NCBI GenBank assembly: GCA_963835795.1
Contig: CAWIHJ010000087.1
Coordinates: 735 to 64,734, forward strand
Direction: 5' to 3'
Length of the DNA stretch: 64,000 nucleotides
Source of the DNA: an uncultured Gammaproteobacteria bacterium
GTDB lineage: Bacteria; Pseudomonadota; Gammaproteobacteria; GCA-001735895
Shown here: positions 41,306-50,415 of the stretch, one piece after another
Layout: every line of letters begins with the position of its first letter
Numbering within the stretch: the first letter of the stretch is position 1
Notes under the pieces: model-generated
Told to the model about the DNA's origin: nothing
What the model saw: the letters and a program-made list of their open reading frames with translations, nothing else
Database searches by the model: none
Program-made: the position numbers and the translations under genes

Positions 41306-41896
41306 ATGAATACCAGCTACCCGATTTTGACCCCCGAGCTACTGGCGCCCGGTTCTACCCTGAAGCAACTCCAGTCAACAGTATCCGACCCGATAATAGC
41401 CGGCGACCGCGCTGAACGCGTGTACACCGACCTTACCCAGGTCCGACCATTCACGGTCAGCCCGACTACTGCCATCGACCAGGTCAACGACAAGATGATC
41501 GCCTGCGCTGTGCGCCTGCTGTTCGTTGTCGACAGCGAGGAAAATTTGCATGGCCTGGTCACTTACTCGGACCTGTTTGGCGACAAGCCTGTGCGCTACA
41601 TCCAGGAACACGGCGGCAAGCGCAACGATATTCTCGCCCAGGACATCATGACGCCACTGCTGCAACTGGAAGCCCTGCGCATTGCTGATGTGCAAAAAGC
41701 CAGCGTCGGCAATATCATCGAAACCATCAAGGCCGCCGGGCGTCAGCACTTGCTGGTCTGCGCCAGCGGCGATGACGGTCGGCAGACGATTGTCGGATTG
41801 TTTTCCTCGACGCATATCGAGAAGCTGGTCGGCATCAAGATTGAACTGTCGCCGCGCGCACAAAATTTCGCCGACCTGGAACGCGCGCTGAGTTGA
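41306..41896 (+). CDS. CBS-domain pair protein
   Basis: VRLLFVVD..LHGLVTYSDL, DIMTP, HLLV..IVGLFS. Confidence 0.82.
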   Translation: MNTSYPILTPELLAPGSTLKQLQSTVSDPIIAGDRAERVYTDLTQVRPFTVSPTTAIDQVNDKMIACAVRLLFVVDSEENLHGLVTYSDLFGDKPVRYIQEHGGKRNDILAQDIMTPLLQLEALRIADVQKASVGNIIETIKAAGRQHLLVCASGDDGRQTIVGLFSSTHIEKLVGIKIELSPRAQNFADLERALS

Positions 41897-41901
41897 GCGG
41901 G

Positions 41902-42702
41902 TCAGGCAGTCTGGCTTACCTGCTGCGCCCACCACTGCGGCAAATCGGCGATTGAATCCAGTAGCGCGTAGGGCTTGATCACACCATCCAGGTCGGTTTC
42001 GCGGAATTTGCCCGTTCTGACCTGCAGACCACGGATGCCCTGATCCTGGGCAGCACCGATATCGGCAGCGATGTCATCGCCGATCATAAAACAATCCTCG
42101 GCAGCGCATTGCAGACGCGCAAGCGATGCTTCGAAAAATGCCGCTGCCGGTTTGCCCATCACGATTGCCTTGCAGGCAGCAGCAGTTTCCAGCGCGCTGA
42201 CGAACGGCGCCACATCGAGCAGCAAGCCGTCCTGCCCGCGCCAGTAGCGCGTCATCCCCAACGCAATCAAGCGCGGTCGGTGCTCCTGCATTAACAGGCG
42301 AAACGCGTGGTTCAGCCGTTGAAAATCCCAGGACTCACCGAGATCACCAACCACGACCGCCTCGACGCTTGCCTCGGAATGTGCCGCAAGGATATCGAAT
42401 TCAGTCAACTCCCCAAGCGCATCGTCACTGACAAAAGCAGCGATCCTGTCGATTCGCTCACGCTTGAGGTATTCGACAGCGGCGACGATCGGCGTCATCA
42501 ACTCGTCGAGTCCCAGGGTGAATCCGAAAGCGTCGAACTTCTGTAATAACGCGGCACGCGAGCGCGAGCTGGTATTGGTGACGTAGAGGTGGGGAATGTC
42601 CTGTTGCTGGATCCAGCTCAAGGTGCGCAGCGAACCCGCAATTATCTGCTCGCCCTGGTAGAGAACTCCGTCCAGATCGATGAGCAACCCGTGTTTGGCC
42701 AC
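41902..42702 (-). CDS. HAD-IIA hydrolase (LHPP/HDHD2-like)
   Basis: LLIDLDGVL, YVTNT, MGKPA..FF, MIGDDIAADIGAAQ..VRTGKFR. Confidence 0.88.
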   Translation of the reverse strand: MAKHGLLIDLDGVLYQGEQIIAGSLRTLSWIQQQDIPHLYVTNTSSRSRAALLQKFDAFGFTLGLDELMTPIVAAVEYLKRERIDRIAAFVSDDALGELTEFDILAAHSEASVEAVVVGDLGESWDFQRLNHAFRLLMQEHRPRLIALGMTRYWRGQDGLLLDVAPFVSALETAAACKAIVMGKPAAAFFEASLARLQCAAEDCFMIGDDIAADIGAAQDQGIRGLQVRTGKFRETDLDGVIKPYALLDSIADLPQWWAQQVSQTA

Positions 42703-42766
42703 ATCGGCCTCCTGTCATGCCATAACCACGACCGCCAGACCATCCCTGGCCTGTGGTTCACGCCTT

Positions 42767-43327
42767 CTATGGAAAAGTTTCCGAGGTAAATTTCTGAATC
42801 CGGTACTGTCCCATGACAACCCAGCGCGGTGCAGCCTTACCGGTGCCGGCGAGTTGCAGGCCGGGATGCGCCGCAATGACTTTTGCGAGGCTGGTTTCCT
42901 GCTGCGGATCGACGTCGACGATGAACACGTGCTTGCCCTTGCGCAACTGGGCCTCGAAGCGTTTGAAATCCTGATTCGGCACCTGAATACCGTACAGGCC
43001 TCCGGACCAGGCGCAAAAACCGAGCAATACCAGTGCCAGGAATATGAACGGCATCCAGGTGTAGCTATCGGGCCAGTCACTGAGCACCGTGACCAACAAC
43101 ACCAGTGCCGCCAGCAGCACACCGATCCAGGTGCCGACCAGGGTTCCATGAATCAGATCTTTCTTGAAAACGGATTCGATATTGTGCAGGTGGTCGTGGG
43201 TTTCGACGGCGGCGTCATCGCGGCTAAAGACGTGGATTTGAGGGCGGTGCACCCCCCTTGATTCGAGTTCCTGCTCGATGCGATCGAGATCGTCCAGATC
43301 ATCGCTTACATAAAAATGCCTTTTCAT
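42767..43327 (-). CDS. Conserved two-TM membrane protein (often annotated NAD/FAD-utilizing enzyme)
   Basis: MKRHFYVSDDLDDL..E.EL..G..QIHV, two TM helices, GFCAWSGGL.G..PN..F.RF. Confidence 0.75.
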   Translation of the reverse strand: MKRHFYVSDDLDDLDRIEQELESRGVHRPQIHVFSRDDAAVETHDHLHNIESVFKKDLIHGTLVGTWIGVLLAALVLLVTVLSDWPDSYTWMPFIFLALVLLGFCAWSGGLYGIQVPNQDFKRFEAQLRKGKHVFIVDVDPQQETSLAKVIAAHPGLQLAGTGKAAPRWVVMGQYRIQKFTSETFP

Positions 43328-43495
43328 GCGTATATCCCCGTAGTACGAGATGCGAATCAGAATACGCCTGTCCTCGGCCAGTAGCAAGCAATCCAGCCCG
43401 TTGTAGAACCCGACAGAACGCGCTTTCCTCCTGTTAGCCGCTACTTTTTATGCTAATGTTTGCTGCTGTCCGCAATTGTATTAGCCGGCCTGAAC

Positions 43496-44609
43496 ATGAG
43501 AATCGAAGACGACAGCAAACTCGACTACAAAGACGTTTTGATTCGCCCCAAACGCAGCACCCTGGGAAGCCGCAAGGACGTCGAACTGGAACGCGAATTC
43601 ACTTTTCGTAATTACCAGGCGAATGGCGACGAGCATTATCGCGGCATTCCGATCATGGCCTCCAACATGGACGGTGTTGGCACGTTCAACATGGCCGATG
43701 CCCTCGCCGCACTTGGCCTGTTCACCTGCCTGGTGAAGAATTATGACGCCAGTGAACTGATCGAATTTTTCGGTGCCGGCGATCGCTGCACGCCGCGAGA
43801 ACGTGGCCTATTCAACCGGCATCACCCAGCAGGATTTCAAAAAGTTCGAAGCCGTCTATCAACAGACCGCCAGCAAGCTGAAATACGTCTGCGTCGACGT
43901 GGCCAACGGTTACTCCGAGCGCTTTTCCGAGTTTATCAAGCAATTGCGCCACGCCTATCCGGCCATCGTCATCATCGCCGGTAATGTCGTCACCGGTGAA
44001 ATGACCGAGGAGCTCATCTTGAGCGGTGCCGATATCGTCAAGGTAGGCATTGGTCCCGGCAGCGTCTGCACCACACGTCTGCAGACCGGCGTTGGTTTTC
44101 CGCAGCTCTCGGCGGTGATCGAATGCGCCGATGCGGCGCATGGCCTCGGCGGCCACATCATCGCCGATGGCGGTTGCACCTGTCCCGGTGATCTGGCCAA
44201 GGCCTTTGCCGCCGGCGCGGATTACGTCATGCTCGGCGGCATGCTCGCCGGTCACGATGAGGGCGGTGGCGACATCATTACACGCTACTTTAAAACCGGC
44301 GAAGTGCGCAAAACAGACGCTGGATACGAAGACCTCGTCGAGGAACGCAAGTTCGTCAACTTCTACGGCATGAGTTCGCTCGCCGCCAACGACAAGCACT
44401 TCGGCGGGCTCAAGGAATACCGCTCGTCCGAAGGCCGTGAAATCCAGGTGCCCTATCGCGGCAAGATCGAGAACACCATCCAGGACTTGCTCGGCGGCGT
44501 GCGCAGCACCTGCACCTACGCCGGGGCGAAGAAACTCAAATGGCTGAGCAAGTGCACCACCTTCGTCAAAACCGGCCAGCAGTTCAACTCGGTCTACGCC
44601 GACAAGTGA
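43496..44609 (+). CDS. guaC: GMP reductase (frameshift near 43783, likely sequencing error)
   Basis: [58 protein letters not shown]. Confidence 0.93.
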
Positions 44610-44630
44610 CGCCAGAGCGCTACGCGGCGG

Positions 44631-44760
44631 GGTCATCCCGCTCAAAGGGTCCTGCAACCGCCGGTGGATCTTAATCGAAGGCGACTTCTCCGTTCATAAG
44701 ATTCCCGCTTGCGCGGGAATGACGACATTGAGGCATTCCGATACATCGGGAATGACGGGA
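44631..44760. repeat. GTCATTCCCGCG-family palindromic repeat copies between convergent genes
   Basis: GATTCCCGCTTGCGCGGGAATGACG and ATTCCGATACATCGGGAATGACG. Confidence 0.8.
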
Positions 44761-44769
44761 TTATTAACG

Positions 44770-46902
44770 TCAGGAGCCGCGGCGCCAGCTGTGGAATTTG
44801 GCGACCCATTCGAGCAGGCGTTCGGGCACGTGGGCGCGCTTCCATTCGCCGGCGGCGTACTTGTTGGCTTCGGCCAGCGTCGGGTAGATGTGGATCGTGC
44901 CCAGTATCTTGTTGAGCCCGAGGCCGTGGCGCATCGCCAGCACGTATTCGGCAATCAGGTCACCGGCGTGTTCACCGACGATGGTGACGCCGAGAATGCG
45001 GTCCTTGCCGGGCACGGTGAGCACCTTGACGAAGCCGTGCGCCTCGCTGTCGGCGATCGCGCGATCGAGATCGTCGATGCCGTAGCGAGTGACCTCGTAG
45101 GCGATACCCTGTTCGCGCGCGTCGCTTTCATTGAGACCGACCCGCGCGATCTCGGGCTCGGTGAAGGTCGCCCAGGGAATCACCGAGTAATCGACCTTGA
45201 AGCGCCGCACTATCCCGAACAGCGAATTCACCGAGGTATACCAGGCCTGGTGCGCGGCGACGTGGGTAAACTGGTAGGGACCGGTGACGTCGCCGCAGGC
45301 GTAAATGGTCGGTATGTTGGTTTGCAGGTATTCGTTCACCTCGATGCTGCGATTTTTACGCAAGCGCACACCGATTTCTTCCAGCCCGAAACCGCTGGTG
45401 CGCGGCGCCCGGCCCACCGCGACGATCAGGCAATCGAACTCGATCTCGACGCTACCCGCTTCCCCCTCGGCAACGACATGGCTCATGCCATCGCGGCGAA
45501 AAAAACGTTTCGCCGCGTGTCCGGTTAACACCCGAACACCTTCTGCAACGAATTTTTCCTCTACCAGCCTGGAAATTTCTTCGTCTTCGCGCAGCAGCAG
45601 GCGCGGCAGCATCTCCAGCTGGGTGACCGCAACCCCGAGGCGCGCAAATGCCTGGGTCAATTCGCAGCCGATTGGACCACCGCCGAGTACCACCAGCTTC
45701 TCCGGTTTCCTGCGCATCTCCCACAAGTTATCCGAGGTGTAGTACTCGACCTGGTCGAGCCCCTCGATCGGCGGCACAAACGGACTCCCGCCGGTGGCGA
45801 CCACGATGTTGGGTGTGCGAATCGTTTGACCGTTCACCTCGACGGTCCAGGGCGAAGTAATGCGCGCCTCCCCTTGCACTACGTCAACACCCAGCCCGCT
45901 GTAACGCTCGATCGAGTCGTGCGGTTCAATGTCGCGTATCACCCGCTGGATGCGCTCCATGACCTCGGCAAAATCAAACTCGGCACTGGCGCTGTGAATG
46001 CCAAACTCCTGGCTGCGCGCGACATGTGACAACAGCTTGGCCGAACGCAGAATCGCCTTCGACGGCACGCAACCGTAGTTCAGACAATCACCGCCCATCT
46101 TGTGTTTTTCGATCAGGGTCACCTTCGCCTTGACCGCAGCCGCGATGTACGCGGTCACCAGGCCGGCAGACCCGGCACCGATGACCACCAGGTTGGTGTC
46201 AAATGCCGCCGGCTTGTCGAAGCCTTTCAACGCCTTGCGGCTGGCGATCAAGGTGACGATCTTGCGGCCGATAAACGGCAATATGGCGAGCAGCAAAAAG
46301 GAAACGATGATGCCGGCACTGAAGATACCGCTGGCGGATTCGATTTGCGCCAGTTGCGTACCCGCATTGACGTAGACCACGGTGCCGGCAAACATGCCGA
46401 GCTGGCTGACCCAGAAGAACGTCCACAGCCGCAGGCTGGTCAGACCCATCACCAGGTTGATGACGAAAAAAGGAAACGCCGGTACCAGGCGTAAAGCAAA
46501 CAGGTAAAACGGGCCGTCCTTGTCGATACCATTGTTGATTGACGTGAGCGAGTTAGCAAAGCGCGATTGCACGGTTTCACGAAACAGGTAACGCGACACC
46601 AGGAAAGCGATCGATGCGCCGATGGTGCTGGCAAAGGAAACCAGCACTACCCCGGTTACCAGGCCAAACACGGCACCGCCCGCGAGCGTCAACACCGCGG
46701 CGCCCGGCAAGGACGCGCCGGTGATAATCACGTACAGCAGAAAGTATACGAACAACGTAAGAAAACGGTGTTCGGCGTAGAACTGGTCGATCGATTGCTG
46801 CTGTGCCTTGACGTAATCGAGGGTCAGGTACTGACCCAGATCAAAGATAAAAAACAGGGCGACGATGACCAGCAACGCCAACACCAGAATTATTTTTTTC
46901 AT
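44770..46902 (-). CDS. DedA/TVP38 (SNARE-associated) membrane domain fused to a MerA/Lpd-like pyridine nucleotide-disulfide oxidoreductase
   Basis: N-terminal LPGAAVLTL..LRLVPAFPF; then GAGSAG, GGDCLNYGCVPSK, GGGPIG, HIYPTLAE; no C-terminal Cys-Cys. Confidence 0.9.
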   Translation of the reverse strand: MKKIILVLALLVIVALFFIFDLGQYLTLDYVKAQQQSIDQFYAEHRFLTLFVYFLLYVIITGASLPGAAVLTLAGGAVFGLVTGVVLVSFASTIGASIAFLVSRYLFRETVQSRFANSLTSINNGIDKDGPFYLFALRLVPAFPFFVINLVMGLTSLRLWTFFWVSQLGMFAGTVVYVNAGTQLAQIESASGIFSAGIIVSFLLLAILPFIGRKIVTLIASRKALKGFDKPAAFDTNLVVIGAGSAGLVTAYIAAAVKAKVTLIEKHKMGGDCLNYGCVPSKAILRSAKLLSHVARSQEFGIHSASAEFDFAEVMERIQRVIRDIEPHDSIERYSGLGVDVVQGEARITSPWTVEVNGQTIRTPNIVVATGGSPFVPPIEGLDQVEYYTSDNLWEMRRKPEKLVVLGGGPIGCELTQAFARLGVAVTQLEMLPRLLLREDEEISRLVEEKFVAEGVRVLTGHAAKRFFRRDGMSHVVAEGEAGSVEIEFDCLIVAVGRAPRTSGFGLEEIGVRLRKNRSIEVNEYLQTNIPTIYACGDVTGPYQFTHVAAHQAWYTSVNSLFGIVRRFKVDYSVIPWATFTEPEIARVGLNESDAREQGIAYEVTRYGIDDLDRAIADSEAHGFVKVLTVPGKDRILGVTIVGEHAGDLIAEYVLAMRHGLGLNKILGTIHIYPTLAEANKYAAGEWKRAHVPERLLEWVAKFHSWRRGS

Positions 46903-46956
46903 GTCTGGATTTCCGGGAAGCTAGCCTTTATTGGGATCAGCTTTCAAATGATTAGT

Positions 46957-48072
46957 TCATTTACCGCAGTAAGTTTCGGCCCATTGCAGAAACTCGATTT
47001 CCGGGCCTTCGAAAAGGATTTCCGGGTTCTTGCTTTCGATCTGGTAACGGTACATGGGATCGTAATACTGTTCGAGCAAAATTTGTATTCCGGGATAAAA
47101 CGCGCTGACATCGCCACGCTCAAAGTAACTGTGCAAGGCCGCGGCGAAACATTCGTGCACCTGCCGATAGCGATCCCCGCCCAAACGTTTCTGTATCCGC
47201 TGCAGGTTGCCCAGCACGAAGCGCTCGAATTCAGACTCCGCCGAAGCACCATAGGCCTGTTGAAATTGTGGCCAGTGTTGTTCGATATAGTCTTCACCGA
47301 TCATGCGGATACGCGTTTCGGTTGCGACCGTCAAAATCGCCCTTGGCGCCTTCAGCATGACGGCATACAGGCAGTCCGGGATACCGATACGCCCGATGCG
47401 TCGCCCCTCGTCTTCGACCAGCAGCGCACGCCCGGGAAACGCATGTCGATGCCGCAGCATCTCGATCGACACCTGGTTTTCCCAGTCGATAACCGCGGGC
47501 TGCCGATCGAGGGCATCGCCCCCAAAGGCGGAACCGCGGTGATTGGCAAGTCCTTCAAAATCGACGTGGTGACGGGTTTTCAGCAACACCCGGGTCTTGC
47601 CAACGCCGGTGAGCCCGGATACGCAGACCAGCGGTATCGTTGCGGCGGAAAGTTCAAGTGCCTCTATGAGAAAGCGTCGCATTGCCTTGTAGCCACCCGG
47701 CACCAGCGGGTAGTCGACGCCCTGCTCGCGCAGCCATTGCTGCGTCGTACGCGAACGCAGACCACCGCGGAAACAATACAGATAACCTTCCGGGTGAGCC
47801 GCACAAAATTCCTGCCAGGCCCCCAGGCGTGCAAGGCGAATGTCGGCTGTGGCCAGTTCAAGCCCGAGCCGAATGGCTTCATCCTGGCCCGCGTTCTTGT
47901 AGCGCTTGCCGATAAGATCACGCTGCGCGTCATCGAGTAACGGGATGTTGGTGGCGTTGGGAAAGGCACCCTTGCCAAATTCCACAGGCGCGCGCACATC
48001 CAGCAGCGGTATATTGTCGATAAACAGTTGCTGGTAGTCAGTGCTGTCGCTGCGGGTCAGCGTTGCCGTCAT
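46957..48072 (-). CDS. mnmH: tRNA 2-selenouridine(34) synthase
   Basis: Rhodanese domain DVRAPVEF..YCFRGGLRS plus P-loop GLTGVGKT, LANHRGSAFG, EDEGRRIG, YYDPMY. Confidence 0.92.
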   Translation of the reverse strand: MTATLTRSDSTDYQQLFIDNIPLLDVRAPVEFGKGAFPNATNIPLLDDAQRDLIGKRYKNAGQDEAIRLGLELATADIRLARLGAWQEFCAAHPEGYLYCFRGGLRSRTTQQWLREQGVDYPLVPGGYKAMRRFLIEALELSAATIPLVCVSGLTGVGKTRVLLKTRHHVDFEGLANHRGSAFGGDALDRQPAVIDWENQVSIEMLRHRHAFPGRALLVEDEGRRIGRIGIPDCLYAVMLKAPRAILTVATETRIRMIGEDYIEQHWPQFQQAYGASAESEFERFVLGNLQRIQKRLGGDRYRQVHECFAAALHSYFERGDVSAFYPGIQILLEQYYDPMYRYQIESKNPEILFEGPEIEFLQWAETYCGK

Positions 48073-50267
48073 TGCTTCGCTCCATGCCTGATTTCCCAGC
48101 ACTGGTGCATCTTCGGATTGCGTTTGAAATCTTCGCTGACGGTTGCCTGGGTGATATCGCTCACCGCGAAGCTGGCGGTGATCTCCGGTGCTAGCTTGAA
48201 GCCGCGTCGATTGGTGGAAAACAGCAGTAAACCGCCGTCCTTCAGCAAAGCCATCGAACGCTGAATCAGATCAGCATGATCACGCTGCACATCGAGTGTC
48301 TGCTGCATCTTGCGCGAATTGGAAAACGATGGCGGATCCAGGAAGATCAGATCGAAATCAGCCTGCAGCTCGTGGCGCGCGGGATGTTGCAGCAATTCGA
48401 CGACGTCGGCGCGCAACAACCGGTAGCGCTGCTCATCGTCAAGCCCATTGATCAAATGGTTTTCACCTGCCCATTTCAGGTAGCTGGCCGACATATCGAC
48501 ATTCACTACCGAAGCTGCTCCGCCGAGTGCTGCGAGCACTCCAACGGTCGCCGTGTAACAAAACAGGTTGAGTACACGCTTGTTCTGCGCTTGTTGATAA
48601 ATCCTGTCGCGAATCATGCGGTGATCCAGAAAAAGTCCCGAATCCAGGTAATCGCTGAGGTTGATCAGCAGTGCTGCGGCGGCTTCGCGCACCTGGAAAA
48701 ATTCCCCGCGGTTGTCCTGCTTCTGATACTGATCGCTACCTCGTTGACGGCTCCGGGTCTTGCTGAACAGGCGATCCGCCGACACCTCGAATACCTCGCT
48801 CACCACGCGTTGCGCAAGGGCGACGCGTTTGGCGGCCAGGTCGGCATCGATGCTGGCCGGCGCCTGGTATTCCTGCAGGTGATACCAGTCCTGTCCAGCA
48901 GCGACATCGCTTTGATAACGATCCAGCGAAAAAGCAAACTCGGGAAGATCGGCGTCGTAGATCCGGTAACAACTAACGTCATTGCGTCGCGCCCAGCGCT
49001 GCAGGTGCCTGGCATTTTTTTGCAGGCGGTTGCGCAGCGGTATCGCGGTCGGTTCATCAACCGCGACTGGTGGCAATTCGCAGGCAACCGGAATGTTCGC
49101 GTCCAGCGTGGCAAACTGGGCAAACACACACTCGATCGGGCCATTACGTACATCCTTGCGCTGCAAACGCTGCAATTGAAAGCGATGCAACAAATCAGGG
49201 TTCGCCGAAATGACCGCCAGGCGTGCCGGCCCAAGGCGTTGCAGGCTGGCGCCGAGATCAGCGTACAGCTCGGCCAGCCCGTGCTCCGACTGCATGCGTT
49301 TTTCATACGGCGGGTTGCAGATCACCAGGGTATCAGTGGCTGCCGGCAAATTGAGGTCACTCACCTGCTGGTGCGAAAACTGGATCAGGTGTTCAACATC
49401 GGCCCGGGCTGCGTTGTCCCTCGCGATTTGCAGCGCATTGGCATCGTAATCGCTCGCATATATCTCGACGTCAGGCTCGACCACAATGGCTTCACGCGCA
49501 GCTTGCAGATGCGTTTGCCACAGTGGCGCCTGGTGCGCGCGCCAACCGAGAAAGCCGAAGTAAGAACGCTTCAGGCCAGGCGCGATATTGGCCGCCATCA
49601 TCGCCGCCTCGATGACAAAGGTGCCCGAGCCACACATTGGGTCGACCAGGCGTCGCGGCTGGCCTGCTGTTCCCTGTGCGGCGGTGCCATCCCAACCAGC
49701 CTGTATCAACAACGCCGCGGCCAGGTGTTCTTTCAAAGGGGCGCCACTGTGTTGCAGACGATATCCGCGGCGATGCAAGCTATCGCCCGACAGGTCGAGG
49801 CTGATCGTCGCCTGATTTTGGTGAATATTGACGTGTAGCTGGATATCGGGCTGTTGTTTGGCGACGTTGGGCCGGTCACCACAGCGATCACGAAACTGGT
49901 CGACAATGGCATCTTTTACGCGCAAGGCAGCGTAGTGTCCGTGTGTCAGCTTCGAATTCGACAGCGTCGCCGATACCGCGATACTTGAGCCAACCTCCAT
50001 TTGCTCACTCCAGTCAATCGCCGAAACCGCGTTGTATAACTGCGCCTCGTCTTCGATACGTGCCCGAGCAAGCTCACAAAACACCCGGTTCGCCAGCCTG
50101 GAATGCAGACACAGCCGATAAACCACATCGACGCCGGCGTTGATGGCCACTCCACCGTAGCGCTTTTCCAGAACCGCATCGCTGCCGCCAAGCAAATCGC
50201 GCAGCTCGTGGAACAGCAGCGTTTCAAAGCCCTTATGGCCCGTAATGAATAGATTGTATGCTTGCAT
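48069..50267 (-). CDS. rlmL: Bifunctional 23S rRNA methyltransferase RlmKL
   Basis: THUMP region, LHRRGYR..APLKE, DPMCGSGT, NPPY; second domain YLDSGLFLDHR, LNLFCYT, DPPSFSNS. Confidence 0.93.
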   Translation of the reverse strand: MQAYNLFITGHKGFETLLFHELRDLLGGSDAVLEKRYGGVAINAGVDVVYRLCLHSRLANRVFCELARARIEDEAQLYNAVSAIDWSEQMEVGSSIAVSATLSNSKLTHGHYAALRVKDAIVDQFRDRCGDRPNVAKQQPDIQLHVNIHQNQATISLDLSGDSLHRRGYRLQHSGAPLKEHLAAALLIQAGWDGTAAQGTAGQPRRLVDPMCGSGTFVIEAAMMAANIAPGLKRSYFGFLGWRAHQAPLWQTHLQAAREAIVVEPDVEIYASDYDANALQIARDNAARADVEHLIQFSHQQVSDLNLPAATDTLVICNPPYEKRMQSEHGLAELYADLGASLQRLGPARLAVISANPDLLHRFQLQRLQRKDVRNGPIECVFAQFATLDANIPVACELPPVAVDEPTAIPLRNRLQKNARHLQRWARRNDVSCYRIYDADLPEFAFSLDRYQSDVAAGQDWYHLQEYQAPASIDADLAAKRVALAQRVVSEVFEVSADRLFSKTRSRQRGSDQYQKQDNRGEFFQVREAAAALLINLSDYLDSGLFLDHRMIRDRIYQQAQNKRVLNLFCYTATVGVLAALGGAASVVNVDMSASYLKWAGENHLINGLDDEQRYRLLRADVVELLQHPARHELQADFDLIFLDPPSFSNSRKMQQTLDVQRDHADLIQRSMALLKDGGLLLFSTNRRGFKLAPEITASFAVSDITQATVSEDFKRNPKMHQCWEIRHGAKQ

Positions 50268-50415
50268 TTAAGGTTGGCAGGGATGCCGCTGGTGGGCGAT
50301 TTTACGCCTTCCGTCAGAAATCTGGTGAATTCTCATTTATATGAACTTAGTCGCATGATTTACCAGCAAAATTGGCCTATATTATGCCTCTATCCTGCTC
50401 AATTACCCAGCGCGC

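Noticed and set aside
44770-46902. Mercuric reductase merA
   Set aside because: Lacks the C-terminal Cys-Cys pair and the N-terminal HMA domain, and no mer operon genes are adjacent.
46957-48072. Selenoproteins (in-frame UGA) near mnmH
   Set aside because: No in-frame TGA at a conserved Cys position was seen in neighbouring genes; mnmH indicates only the selenouridine trait.
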